64,000 nt of DNA from Syntrophales bacterium (GCA_963668175.1 OY764159.1:4256001-4320000), one strand, 5' to 3'; shown: positions 11,118-21,054, counted from the first letter of the stretch. Notes: generated by a model not told the origin, from the letters alone. Numbers and translations: made by a program.

Positions 11118-11183
11118 CTAATCACTGCCAGCAACTGTAATTATCTCGCCTGTCACGAAGCCCGCGGTCTCTGACATGAGATG
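11118..11183 (-). pseudogene. 3' remnant of a classical SDR oxidoreductase gene
   Basis: Hand translation HLMSETAGFVTGEIITVAGSD* resembles the classical SDR C-terminus (FLxSxxAxFITGxxIxVDGG); in-frame TGA at 11199-11201 upstream. Confidence 0.55.
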
Positions 11184-11462
11184 AGATCTTTGCACAACTC
11201 ATCATTTATTCATTCTCACTTCACGAATCTGATGTTTCATGACTTGTCCTAATGAACATATCATATTGATTTATGTGGCATATTTTCTTCATATTTATCT
11301 CACCGGAAGAAATCGCGGCTTCAAGAAAATGAAAAACAACCTCACATTCTCATGTGCTGCAACTTTCAAGGGAGCGGTTTGCCTTTTGATAAACAGCGGC
11401 CTTAACCACCAGCTATCAGCTTTGATCATCAATCGCAGCATTGCGTTTTTGTTATAATACTA

Positions 11463-12242
11463 TCAGCAGTTCTGCTTCAGATATAAGTTCCTTAACTTAT
11501 CTCCTGCCATCAGCTGTTCTACTTTTTCCAAATCAGCTTGGTTATCAACGCTTAACGATTCCGCATCCGTCATTACCATATGTACATGTTCTCCATGCTC
11601 AATGATTCTCATCATATCAACAGATTCAATTTTCTCTAAAGGCGTTGGAGGCATCGAATTGAATTTCAGCAGGTAATCCCTCCGAAAAGGAATAATGCAA
11701 ACCTGTTTAAGCATCGGGACATCCGGAACCCCTTTTTTCCTGGACGGAATAGGCTCACGTGAAAAATAGAGTGCGGTACCGTTCATTCCGACTACCACCT
11801 TAACTTCGTTAGGATCTTCAAACTCCGCCGGTGACTTAATCGATGCCATCAAGTTAACGACGTTGATGGAAGAATCTTTGAGCATCGGCGTAATAGACTG
11901 TTCTATCATTTCCGGTGTGACCATAGGTTCATCGCCTTGAACCATCACTACTATATCCACTTTGCCTCCGATATCTGCCTCAATCTTGAGCATGGCCTCG
12001 GAAGTTCGATCCGTACAGCGCTCATGCGTATCGGCAGTTATAATGGCTTTTCCTCCAACGCTCTCAATATAGTCATATATCTCCCGATCACAGGTTGCTA
12101 TATATGTTTCTGTCAACAGCTTACACAAACGTGTCCTAAAATATACATGCCCGATCATGGGCATCCCATGAATGAGCGCCATAGGCTTTCCCGGAAAGCG
12201 CGAAGAGGCCATCCGAGCAGGAATAATGGCTACGATATTCAT
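11463..12242 (-). CDS. kdsB: KdsB-like CMP-ulosonate (CMP-Kdo synthetase family) cytidylyltransferase
   Basis: IIPARMASSRFPGKP, VQGDEP, DPNEVKVV, ALYFSREPIP, LEKIESVDMMR. Confidence 0.85.
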   Translation of the reverse strand: MNIVAIIPARMASSRFPGKPMALIHGMPMIGHVYFRTRLCKLLTETYIATCDREIYDYIESVGGKAIITADTHERCTDRTSEAMLKIEADIGGKVDIVVMVQGDEPMVTPEMIEQSITPMLKDSSINVVNLMASIKSPAEFEDPNEVKVVVGMNGTALYFSREPIPSRKKGVPDVPMLKQVCIIPFRRDYLLKFNSMPPTPLEKIESVDMMRIIEHGEHVHMVMTDAESLSVDNQADLEKVEQLMAGDKLRNLYLKQNC

Positions 12243-12518
12243 ATGCCTCCTTTCATTTTTCTAATTTTATTATTTACAACTTAACGCTGTACTTCTCATG
12301 CACAAGAAGTTCTAAGTCTATTATATAAAACGGATTTTAGCATGTGCCGCATTGTTTACAGTGTTCCATACATGACCGGATTCATTTGATCTTTAATTTA
12401 TTATATAAGATTCATTAAATCACTATAAGAAGATACTTCATTCTGATGTTAAGAATGCCTTTAATGAAAATATTATATACCTGCAATCTTGCTTAAGGAT
12501 AATTTTTGTATCACGATA

Positions 12519-13895
12519 CTAAAATACAGGTAAGTTTGCTGCGGTCACCCGTGGGTCCTTGCGGACTGAAGTCGGAACAGGAAAGCCATTTGCTCTTAAA
12601 TGATCCTGGATCTCGTTTTCAGCTTTTTCCTTTAATGTGAATAATTCCTCATTAGACATATCCGTTAAATTAACTAAAAAGTCCCTGACTTCACCTACAA
12701 GTTCCAGATAAACATCCTCGTTTTTAATCAGTCCCTTTTGTCGAGCATAATCATAAAGGGTGGTTCCTGGAATTGGCGTCACAAAAAAGAATTCGCCACC
12801 CACCATATTTTCCTTGCAAAACTCTACAGTTTCCTGAAGAGTCTGTGGCGTCTCACAGGGCATCCCGATCATGAAATAAGCTCTCACCTCAATGCCGGCT
12901 TCTCGTGTCCAGCGGATTGCCTTACGCGCTTGCTCTGGCGTAACGCGTTTATCCATATATTCGAGGACTTCAGGGCTAGCACTTTCTATTCCGTAAGCCA
13001 AGAAAATACATCCTGCATGTCCCATGCGCTGCAACACTTCTTTGCGCACAAAATCGGCACGTACATTAGCCGACCAAGTAATGCGTGGAAACCGTTTCTC
13101 AAACATGTCGCAAATCTCTTCTGTGCGGGAAGTGGATGTAACAAATGTATCATCTAGAAAATGAATGTGCTCTATACTATAAGTATTTATGAGATATTCG
13201 ATTTCACACGCTATATTTTCAGCAGACCGCATTCTTAAACGCCGTCCGAAATTACACATGCAATATATGCATTTGCCGGGGCATCCGCGTGTAGAAAAGA
13301 TGCTCATTCCGTTCTTGCGACCGCAACGGAACAAGAAATTCTTTGTATAAACTGGCATTTGATCAATCAGATGCCAGGCAGGCAATGGAATCACATTGAT
13401 ATCCGCAATAGGAGTTCGTGGCGCCGTATGCATGATTAAACCATTACCCTTGTTAAAAACAATGCCTTCGCAAAATTCTAGCGAATCATTATCGTCGATT
13501 CTTTGCACCAATTCCTTAACCGTCTCCTCACCTTCCCCCACAGTCACAATGTCTGCGGAACAATGCTGTAAATACATCTCTGGCATAGAAGTCGGTCCCG
13601 GACCTCCCATAACCAAAGGAACTTTCGGTGCCACAGCCTTTAAAATCCGTCCCAAGTCTTTAACTTTTCGATATTGCGTAATTATACTGGATACCCCAAT
13701 CATCCCAAGATTCTTTTCTTTCTTGATGGCATCAAGTAGCTGCGCTTTGCCGTTATCCCTGTTTAAATTCAAGTCAAATATCCTTACTTTATGCCCAGCA
13801 GCAGACAAACTAGCCGCAATATATGCCAGACCTAATGGCGGCATAGATGGCGGCATAAATTCACGGTCAATCGGATAAATTAGAAATACTTTCAT
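12519..13895 (-). CDS. B12-binding-domain radical SAM protein
   Basis: PPLGLAYIAA N-terminal cobalamin-binding-type domain; RGCPGKCIYC (CxxxCxxC); FLDDTF; GIESAS; ATG 13895 (alt GTG 13904). Confidence 0.88.
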   Translation of the reverse strand: MKVFLIYPIDREFMPPSMPPLGLAYIAASLSAAGHKVRIFDLNLNRDNGKAQLLDAIKKEKNLGMIGVSSIITQYRKVKDLGRILKAVAPKVPLVMGGPGPTSMPEMYLQHCSADIVTVGEGEETVKELVQRIDDNDSLEFCEGIVFNKGNGLIMHTAPRTPIADINVIPLPAWHLIDQMPVYTKNFLFRCGRKNGMSIFSTRGCPGKCIYCMCNFGRRLRMRSAENIACEIEYLINTYSIEHIHFLDDTFVTSTSRTEEICDMFEKRFPRITWSANVRADFVRKEVLQRMGHAGCIFLAYGIESASPEVLEYMDKRVTPEQARKAIRWTREAGIEVRAYFMIGMPCETPQTLQETVEFCKENMVGGEFFFVTPIPGTTLYDYARQKGLIKNEDVYLELVGEVRDFLVNLTDMSNEELFTLKEKAENEIQDHLRANGFPVPTSVRKDPRVTAANLPVF

Positions 13896-14056
13896 AAACC
13901 TCACACTATCAGCAGGAATAACAGGAACGATCTTAATAAATCATTCCATAAAAAATCAATACCTCGATTTTTACCAGACTTCCCATTCAATCAACCAGTA
14001 AAACTTTCCAATAAATTTTGATTAAACAATCTCCGCACCGATAACTACAAAATAAT

Positions 14057-14821
14057 TCAATTGCTTCCCTTTAGTGAATTTAATCCTTCGCGGCAAGCAC
14101 ATTCAAGCATCCTGATATCAAGACTGTATGCTATAAATCTGTAATTATCTTTAATTCTCTCTTGAAGCTCAACTACATCCGGTTCAATAACATGAATGCC
14201 AGGTACCTTTCCGGAAGCAACTCCGTCGCGTCTTATTATGCCCATCGCTTTCTTCATATCTGGATGTTCAAAATCTCCCGGTATACCCAATGATCCCGAT
14301 AAATCGTAAGGTCCTACAATAAAGCCGTCTACACCGTCAACAGCCAGAATCGCAGACAGATTTTGTACAGCCTGAATATGCTCAATCTGTACAATTACGA
14401 TTACTTTACTTTGCAACCATGCCTTATATGAACCAAAAGCTGCGCCATAACCCTGCGCCCGCGCCAATCCTACACCTCTTTTTCCCTGCGGAGGATAACG
14501 AACGGAAGCAACAGCCTGCTCTGCTTCTGCAACGGAATTCACCATGGGCACGATAACGCCGTGAGCACCTGCATCCATGACTCTTTTTATCTGCACAGGA
14601 TCATTTTTTGAAAGGCGAACGAGTGGCGTAACATCACAAAGATCAATTATACGGATCAATTCTTCGGCTTCGCGTATTGTTATTACGCTGTGTTCAAGGT
14701 CAACAGCCAGCCAGTCAAAACCGGCCCTAGCCATTATTTCCGCTATCGCCGGATGGGCCAAAGTTATCCAGGAACCGACGGCGGGTTTTCCGCTACTCAT
14801 TTTTTCTTTTAAATCTTTCAT
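14057..14821 (-). CDS. HpcH/HpaI-family class II pyruvate aldolase
   Basis: GFDWLAVDLEHS, PLVR, RYPPQGKRGVG, VQIEH, VGPYDLS. Confidence 0.9.
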   Translation of the reverse strand: MKDLKEKMSSGKPAVGSWITLAHPAIAEIMARAGFDWLAVDLEHSVITIREAEELIRIIDLCDVTPLVRLSKNDPVQIKRVMDAGAHGVIVPMVNSVAEAEQAVASVRYPPQGKRGVGLARAQGYGAAFGSYKAWLQSKVIVIVQIEHIQAVQNLSAILAVDGVDGFIVGPYDLSGSLGIPGDFEHPDMKKAMGIIRRDGVASGKVPGIHVIEPDVVELQERIKDNYRFIAYSLDIRMLECACREGLNSLKGSN

Positions 14822-14956
14822 TTTATTCTTTCTTTAAAATTTATTTTTTATTAAATAAGGAACAGCTAATATTACCTCCGCTGTTATCCTATAACTTTTC
14901 CTTCGCCAACATGCAATTTCAATTTCTCCAATAGCTTAACTTTTTGAAATCTCCTC

Positions 14957-14982
14957 TTGAGAAATCGGTTTGAGAAATCGGT
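14957..14982. repeat. 13-bp perfect tandem duplication TTGAGAAATCGGT x2, followed by partial inverted copy (AAACCGATT)
   Basis: Read directly: 14957-14969 and 14970-14982; intergenic between wzx and the aldolase gene. Confidence 0.8.
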
Positions 14983-15058
14983 CCCAAAACCGATTCTTGC
15001 AAAATATACTGTTGTTCGAAGGTCTCATGCAGTCACCTTTTCATCAATTTCATAAAAT

Positions 15059-16543
15059 TTAAATAGCCTCGCGCCTGATACCATTAATAATTGTACACCT
15101 GATTTGCCAGTACCGCATATTCTTCTTTTTAAAAATTGTATCTAATAATACTATATATATCATAATCAAGCTAATTTTAATCATTATCATTAATGTCATA
15201 TGCACTTGGATCTTTTGAAGTATAAATATAGCTATAATAACCGCTACAAGTGGAACAGCATTAGCCATAATGGCATATTCTGTTTTATGTAGTTTTTGTG
15301 ACATATAATATGTAGTAAACAGAATAACGAGCTCAGAGCACACCTTTGCATATGCAGCACCATACATATTGTATTTTGGTATAAGTATATAATTCATATA
15401 ACCATTGAGAAATGCCGCCAAAATAAAAGACAAAGGAAACCACACCGTTTGATTTTTATAAACAAATTTCAGCTGAAAAAAACCCGTCAGCTCCGCGAAA
15501 ACAATACTTAGAGTGAATATGGGTACTATCTTATAACACTCATGAAACCTCTGGTTCATTAGAATCGAAACAATTTCTTTACTGAATAAAGAAATCAGAA
15601 AGTATAATAATATGGATATCTGAAAGAACAAAGCAAAAGATTCCTGAATATCCTTCTGTATTCTTTCGTGATTTGAGTCCAATCTCTTGCTTATCTCCGT
15701 TTTCATCGTGATTGCTATAGGCCTAGAAAAAAATGAATACTGATTCGCCAGATTTGTCCCAGCCGTGTAGATGCCAACTGAGCTTATGGAATGAATATTG
15801 TTAAGAAATATCTTATCTATTCGATCCTGAATCCACCCAGCAAAATTCAGCGGCACAAGCGGCAACGAATATACCATCGCTTCCTTGAATATTTTCATTT
15901 TCTCCAGCCGGAAGGACAGCCATTCCCTTAAACTCCACAGAGCATATATCGTAACGAATACTTGAACCATTAGCTGGAGAACCAGGATATCCCAAACGCT
16001 AAATCTAAAAATTGTCAATCCGACTATTTGGGCCGGCATAAATAGAATAAAATTTGCCATATCGATAAAAAAGTATTTTTTATTGAGCTGCAAGTTCAAC
16101 AGAGTACCCGTTGCGTATCCTTGAACACTCATTAGAAAGCCTGTCGCTATGGGAATATAATAGAAAATGTGTCTCGGCGGATCAATCGTTCCTATTACCA
16201 AATCCGCAATTTCTTCCATGAATATCGACGCGATGATGGACCCTACCAAAGAAAACATTATTGTGTACGCCAGCAAAGCACCGAGTCGCTCTTTACACTC
16301 TTTCGGATCTGTTCTTTCATACTTAAAAATCATCCGGCCGGCGAAAGAATGCAGTCCCATTCCGAAAGTGCCGCTCAGCAGCGCCTGGACGACGGTAAAG
16401 ATCGCGATAATCCCGAAGTCTTTAGGGGAAAGATAGTACGTAATGACCGGTAACAGAAACAGTGATACAATCTTAATCATTACCTGAGATGCAGTCAGCC
16501 AGGCAAAATTCTTTATGTGAAAAGTGAAGTTTTTAATATCCAC
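15059..16543 (-). CDS. wzx: Wzx-type polysaccharide flippase
   Basis: 494 aa, many hydrophobic segments, LPVITYYLSPKDFG, YSLPLVP...IDKIFL...VGIYT, LIPKYNMYGAA; AT-rich. Confidence 0.88.
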   Translation of the reverse strand: MDIKNFTFHIKNFAWLTASQVMIKIVSLFLLPVITYYLSPKDFGIIAIFTVVQALLSGTFGMGLHSFAGRMIFKYERTDPKECKERLGALLAYTIMFSLVGSIIASIFMEEIADLVIGTIDPPRHIFYYIPIATGFLMSVQGYATGTLLNLQLNKKYFFIDMANFILFMPAQIVGLTIFRFSVWDILVLQLMVQVFVTIYALWSLREWLSFRLEKMKIFKEAMVYSLPLVPLNFAGWIQDRIDKIFLNNIHSISSVGIYTAGTNLANQYSFFSRPIAITMKTEISKRLDSNHERIQKDIQESFALFFQISILLYFLISLFSKEIVSILMNQRFHECYKIVPIFTLSIVFAELTGFFQLKFVYKNQTVWFPLSFILAAFLNGYMNYILIPKYNMYGAAYAKVCSELVILFTTYYMSQKLHKTEYAIMANAVPLVAVIIAIFILQKIQVHMTLMIMIKISLIMIYIVLLDTIFKKKNMRYWQIRCTIINGIRREAI

Positions 16544-16567
16544 TCTACTAAATGCTCATGAAAACGT

Positions 16568-18415
16568 CTAGATTCGGTTCAAGTATGCGACTATTCTCTT
16601 GCCCGCCGATCCGTCCAATATATGCATGTATTTTGATGAATGATTATCGTGGAAGGCATGCATGAAATGATTCAATTCAGAAGGGTTCTCTCTGTTTCTT
16701 TTTACAATATCAATCAGTTCTTGCGAAGAGGATGCTCTTATCACATGTTCCCAATTAGTTCCATTCAATGGTGGATAAAATGTATCGGAATTGAAATGCG
16801 GTTCCAAGAATATGACCGGCACTCCGGCGGCCAATGCTTCATAAAAGGTATTCGAAATATTGCATATCAGCAGATCGACATCGTATATCAATTCACAAAA
16901 CGGAATGGCAAAGTCACTCATTTGCACTGCCGCAATGTCGACATCGTAACGCTCGAACATGTATTGATGGTAGGCCATGTTCTCATGGTGCGTACGATAA
17001 AGGATATTCATACCCATATCAAGCAGCCGCGGTATCGACATTATTAATTCCTTGAAATAGAGCTCCTGATACTGGAATCGGTCCAGCCTCGCATAAAAAT
17101 TGTCCGAATAGGTGTGCATCAAGATTTTCTTTATCGACGTGATGTTTTTACGCTTTTTCTCCGTGTAGTGGTCTGTACTCGGATTGCCCAGTTGTACCGA
17201 CTTCGCCTTTATCATATAAGGATAATTATCCGATTGCGTATCAAACACATCGGGTTTTATGATTAAATCCGGATTGGATCCCCTGGAGGCCTTCTGAGCG
17301 AAGCGGTACCCCATGATCCCGTGGTCGACAAACACGCTCCTGCATCCCGAATTCCTGCAAGCCTCAACAACGGTTTTCCCCCTTTCCGTCATCACATCCA
17401 CCAGAACCGTTTTCTCGATGTTGAAGTCGCCTATCCCCTTTTGGACTCGACGATAATACTTGAGAAGTTCCGGGATATGCACGGATACGATCCTCTGAAT
17501 GACGTTAAGATAAAAACGAGAGTAATCGATGTGATTATACGTGAAGCGCGTTTCATAATTCGGCGGCCTGGAAAGAATGAAGTTCTTTCGAAGCGTTTCC
17601 AGGTATTCCTCTTCCCGCCTATCGAAATCATAACGAACGCGATCGAAATCAAGTATCTTGACCAGTGCGGACAAACTCTTCCAGGCTGCCGCAGAAAATA
17701 TGTAACCGTTCTGCGTGTGCTCCAACAGACTATCGATGTTGAAATAGCAGAATAAATAGACCTTCTTTTCATTGCTCCGCAATATATGATGAACCTTTTG
17801 GAAACACTCCAGGATAATCGATTTGATGATATTTTTTATGCCGCCCACTCCTGCTTGACCGTTTATCAAACCCGTAAACACCGGCGGGATCATCTTTTCC
17901 GGCTTTATATAATAGTTCGGAATCTCCCCCAATTGCCTCAGAACATCCCTTATGAGACCTTCTTTATCGAAATATTGACCCTTGTCGTCCTCGTAGTAGA
18001 AAAATGAGTTGCTTGCATTTGAAAGATCGTAATATACGCTTTCGACATTTGGATATTGCTCAATGATTTTTCTGACAACTTCGCCATATTTCACCAAAAT
18101 ACTTTGCAGATAGGTCCTCGAAAACAGAATCTGGGTTATATCTCCAAAGGATACATTTTCAATAAGCGTCAAATCCTTTCCGTCAATCATATACCACTGC
18201 CGCGCAAACTCATCGGTTACTTCGTGGAGGTTTTTATAATCATCATCCGACAGATACTCTTCAATAAAATGGACTCTATGTCCTCCTGCTTTGCTGACCA
18301 GTTTATCGAAAGGCAGATAATTGAAGCAGACGACAAGATCATTCGCCGCATCAAATGATCCCGCCGAAATCATCCGGTCGATGCTGGCATCATTTTCGAT
18401 AAGGTATAAATTCAT
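16568..18415 (-). CDS. Orphan GT-B-like protein (candidate glycosyltransferase)
   Basis: 615 aa; FVDHG, LGNP, DLLICNISNTFYEALAAGVPVIF C-terminal motif; 4-bp overlap with upstream gene. Confidence 0.5.
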   Translation of the reverse strand: MNLYLIENDASIDRMISAGSFDAANDLVVCFNYLPFDKLVSKAGGHRVHFIEEYLSDDDYKNLHEVTDEFARQWYMIDGKDLTLIENVSFGDITQILFSRTYLQSILVKYGEVVRKIIEQYPNVESVYYDLSNASNSFFYYEDDKGQYFDKEGLIRDVLRQLGEIPNYYIKPEKMIPPVFTGLINGQAGVGGIKNIIKSIILECFQKVHHILRSNEKKVYLFCYFNIDSLLEHTQNGYIFSAAAWKSLSALVKILDFDRVRYDFDRREEEYLETLRKNFILSRPPNYETRFTYNHIDYSRFYLNVIQRIVSVHIPELLKYYRRVQKGIGDFNIEKTVLVDVMTERGKTVVEACRNSGCRSVFVDHGIMGYRFAQKASRGSNPDLIIKPDVFDTQSDNYPYMIKAKSVQLGNPSTDHYTEKKRKNITSIKKILMHTYSDNFYARLDRFQYQELYFKELIMSIPRLLDMGMNILYRTHHENMAYHQYMFERYDVDIAAVQMSDFAIPFCELIYDVDLLICNISNTFYEALAAGVPVIFLEPHFNSDTFYPPLNGTNWEHVIRASSSQELIDIVKRNRENPSELNHFMHAFHDNHSSKYMHILDGSAGKRIVAYLNRI

Positions 18416-21054
18416 ATCGAATCAATATGGGGAAATACAGGATTGGGGCCGGGCGGGAGCAGGTCATGCATTCTAAGAAAATCGCTGAACCGGAACAGCA
18501 ATCCGTCGTTATATCTGCGTGCTGCAAGCTGCAAACCGAACGGCATTTTCCGAGGCGACACAAAAACAGGAGCACTTATAACCGGAAGATAGGTCATTGT
18601 CCACATAAGCGCAGGGTCAGGCGTTTCCCTGATTTCTCTCTTGGGTGCATCACCGGCGGTACTCAACGTGATCATGATGTCAACGCCTTTCATGAACTTT
18701 TCCATCTCTGAAACCATCTTCTCCTGCGTCTTCAAGGCCGATTTGAATGTCTCCGGATCGATACTCAAGCCGTGCTGGATTAATTCATTCATGATCGGCG
18801 AAACGAGTTCGCGCCTGTTGAACTCATCTTTGAAATAATTCGACAACATTTTGTCGTAAATGATGCCGTGTATTTCGTGCGCTCTTTGCATAATATAGGG
18901 AGGGTCTATTTCGATGATCTCGACTGCCCCCGTCTTATCCAGTTTCTTCATCCACCGACTCAAGGCATCCTTTGCATAATCTTCCGCATATTCCCAGGTA
19001 TGCGTTCTGGTAAATGCAACACGCCAAGGACGATTGTGGGGTCTGCCTTGTCTTTTGCCTTCATTCATGGCCTTGTTTGAAATAGGGTAATTCTCCCCGC
19101 GTACGCGGAGCAACTCGAACATCGGCTCCATATCTTCATAATGAAGGACGAAATATCCCACCGTATCGAGACTGTCCGTCGTCTTCAAAATGCCCGTCCT
19201 GGGTATCAAGCCGAATGACGGCTTACAGCCGTAAATGCCGCAAAAACTGGCCGGACGGACAATCGATCCCGCCGTTTGCGTCGCGAGCGCCACAGGGACC
19301 ATACCGGTGGCTACCGCCACGGCTGAACCGCTTGATGATGTTCCGGGTGTTCTTGAAACATCATGGGGGTTGTTGGTCTTCCCCAACGTATGTACTGCAA
19401 ATTCCGCCGTCACCGTCTTGCCCGGGACCACCATCCCCAAATCCCTCAAATTAAAAACGACGCGGGCATCGTTACCGGGAATGAAGCCTTTCCAGAGAGG
19501 ACTTCCCATCTCCGTAGGATAATCGGTCGTGTTGAATATGTCCTTAACGCCGACGGGAATACCTTCCAAAGGTCTGCACGCATTTCCTTCCTTAAGCCTT
19601 CGTTCCGATTCCTCCGCCTGTTCCATGAGCTTTACGGGATCAAATATCTGCCACGCCTGGTATCTTTCTTCGTAGCGCTCAACCGCCTCAACGCACCAGC
19701 GGGCGATTTCCACAGGACTTATATGCCGCAATGCAACGAATGATAAGAGCCCGCTTATACTGAGATCGTGAAACGAACGGGGTTTCTCGATAGCCGTTTT
19801 CCTCAGCTTCTCTGCTTTTAAATCAGCGGATGCAGAGGAGGAGATTGGGTTGATCCCCCTGTGCTTCTCAATAATCTGTTGAGCAAACGGACGTATGCGT
19901 TCCTTGTTGCGTCTCTTCTTTGGAAACACCGGAAGATCGGCTTCTTTGAGTTCCTTTCTTCGCAGCTTCTTCATCGTTTCATAAAACTCGTCTTCCGACA
20001 TACCGGTGATCTCGAGAAAGTAATCGAGGGCCTCCGGACGGACAGGATCGAATCGACGCACAAGTTCATAACCTTCATCCCTCGACAACAGGCCGTTTCT
20101 GACATCCAGATTGGCATGGAACGTGGCCCGCCCATAGCCCCTCTTGAGATAACAAGTGAAATCGTGCATTCCCGGCATCATGCACTCGGCGCTCTTGTAG
20201 TGTTTGTATGTCTGCTCGATTTCGGTCTCTTTCCAATTAAAATGGTCCCGCACAAATTCCGTCTGTCTTTCATCGTCCCAAAAGTAATAATTGCCGATAT
20301 GGATGAACTGAACCCCCGCTTCGTCGAATTCTTCCTGGGACGGCAATTCAAATGGATAAACGTCCTTCCTTGTTATGTAATCGCACACCATGTCGTTAGG
20401 ATAGAACTTAGCGGACACATCGTAAAAATACTCTCTCCTGACAACCATAGGATTCGAATAGGAACTCATGCCATGCCCCTCCGCCGGCGGCTCACCGTAA
20501 ACGACAAGGGGTATTTTAAATTTCGTGGCGATGTGCAGCGGGAAAGCCCCCACTCCGGCGTGACAATGCCAGCAGGTATCTCCCAGGAGACCTAATGATC
20601 TTTTGGCCAATCGATTTACGAGGTCTCTGTTCGGCGTAAACATGATGTGGTCGACATTGAACGTCTCGAGCGAATTTACAAGGTTGTACCAACCCGTTTC
20701 ACTGTACCAATTATGATTAAATGTAACCGCGAGGGGCTTCATATGATGAATGTGACACAGGATATATAGCTGGAAGATGCTGTCCTTCCCTCCGCTGATA
20801 GGAACAATGCAATCATAATTTCCGTCTTCCTTGACCTTCGCTTTCGCGCTGTCCAGGATCACCTTCAACTGCTGCTGCCTTTCCTGCCAGTTGATGTGCA
20901 TTTTTTCTTCCGATGATCGGCAGGCCTGACAGATTCCCAATTCATCGAAAGTTGTTCCCTCTTCCGTCTCGGGAATACAGCAGCGTACGCAATAACGCAT
21001 GTGTTTATCGAATAAAGGTTTTCTGTTCTTCTTCATATATGTTTTTTGTTTCAT
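18412..21054 (-). CDS. Fusion: N-acetyl-sugar amidotransferase (WbuX/PseA-like) plus amidase-signature (GatA-like) domain
   Basis: N-half: YCVRCCIP, CQAC, YDCIVPISGGKDS PP-loop, CWHCHAG, YLKRGYGRAT. C-half: GIPVGVKDIF, GKTVTAEFA, TPGTSSSGSAVAVA, TQTAGSIVRPASFCGIYGCKPSFG, PFGLQL. Single uninterrupted 880-aa ORF. Confidence 0.88.
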   Translation of the reverse strand: MKQKTYMKKNRKPLFDKHMRYCVRCCIPETEEGTTFDELGICQACRSSEEKMHINWQERQQQLKVILDSAKAKVKEDGNYDCIVPISGGKDSIFQLYILCHIHHMKPLAVTFNHNWYSETGWYNLVNSLETFNVDHIMFTPNRDLVNRLAKRSLGLLGDTCWHCHAGVGAFPLHIATKFKIPLVVYGEPPAEGHGMSSYSNPMVVRREYFYDVSAKFYPNDMVCDYITRKDVYPFELPSQEEFDEAGVQFIHIGNYYFWDDERQTEFVRDHFNWKETEIEQTYKHYKSAECMMPGMHDFTCYLKRGYGRATFHANLDVRNGLLSRDEGYELVRRFDPVRPEALDYFLEITGMSEDEFYETMKKLRRKELKEADLPVFPKKRRNKERIRPFAQQIIEKHRGINPISSSASADLKAEKLRKTAIEKPRSFHDLSISGLLSFVALRHISPVEIARWCVEAVERYEERYQAWQIFDPVKLMEQAEESERRLKEGNACRPLEGIPVGVKDIFNTTDYPTEMGSPLWKGFIPGNDARVVFNLRDLGMVVPGKTVTAEFAVHTLGKTNNPHDVSRTPGTSSSGSAVAVATGMVPVALATQTAGSIVRPASFCGIYGCKPSFGLIPRTGILKTTDSLDTVGYFVLHYEDMEPMFELLRVRGENYPISNKAMNEGKRQGRPHNRPWRVAFTRTHTWEYAEDYAKDALSRWMKKLDKTGAVEIIEIDPPYIMQRAHEIHGIIYDKMLSNYFKDEFNRRELVSPIMNELIQHGLSIDPETFKSALKTQEKMVSEMEKFMKGVDIMITLSTAGDAPKREIRETPDPALMWTMTYLPVISAPVFVSPRKMPFGLQLAARRYNDGLLFRFSDFLRMHDLLPPGPNPVFPHIDSI

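Noticed and set aside
14888..14956. Short minus-strand open stretch (RRFQKVKLLEKLKLHVGEGKVIG*) as a gene remnant
   Set aside because: No recognisable family similarity
18412..19800. Housekeeping gatA
   Set aside because: Fused to a sugar amidotransferase, no gatB/gatC nearby, and TQTAGS rather than the typical GatA SDTGGS
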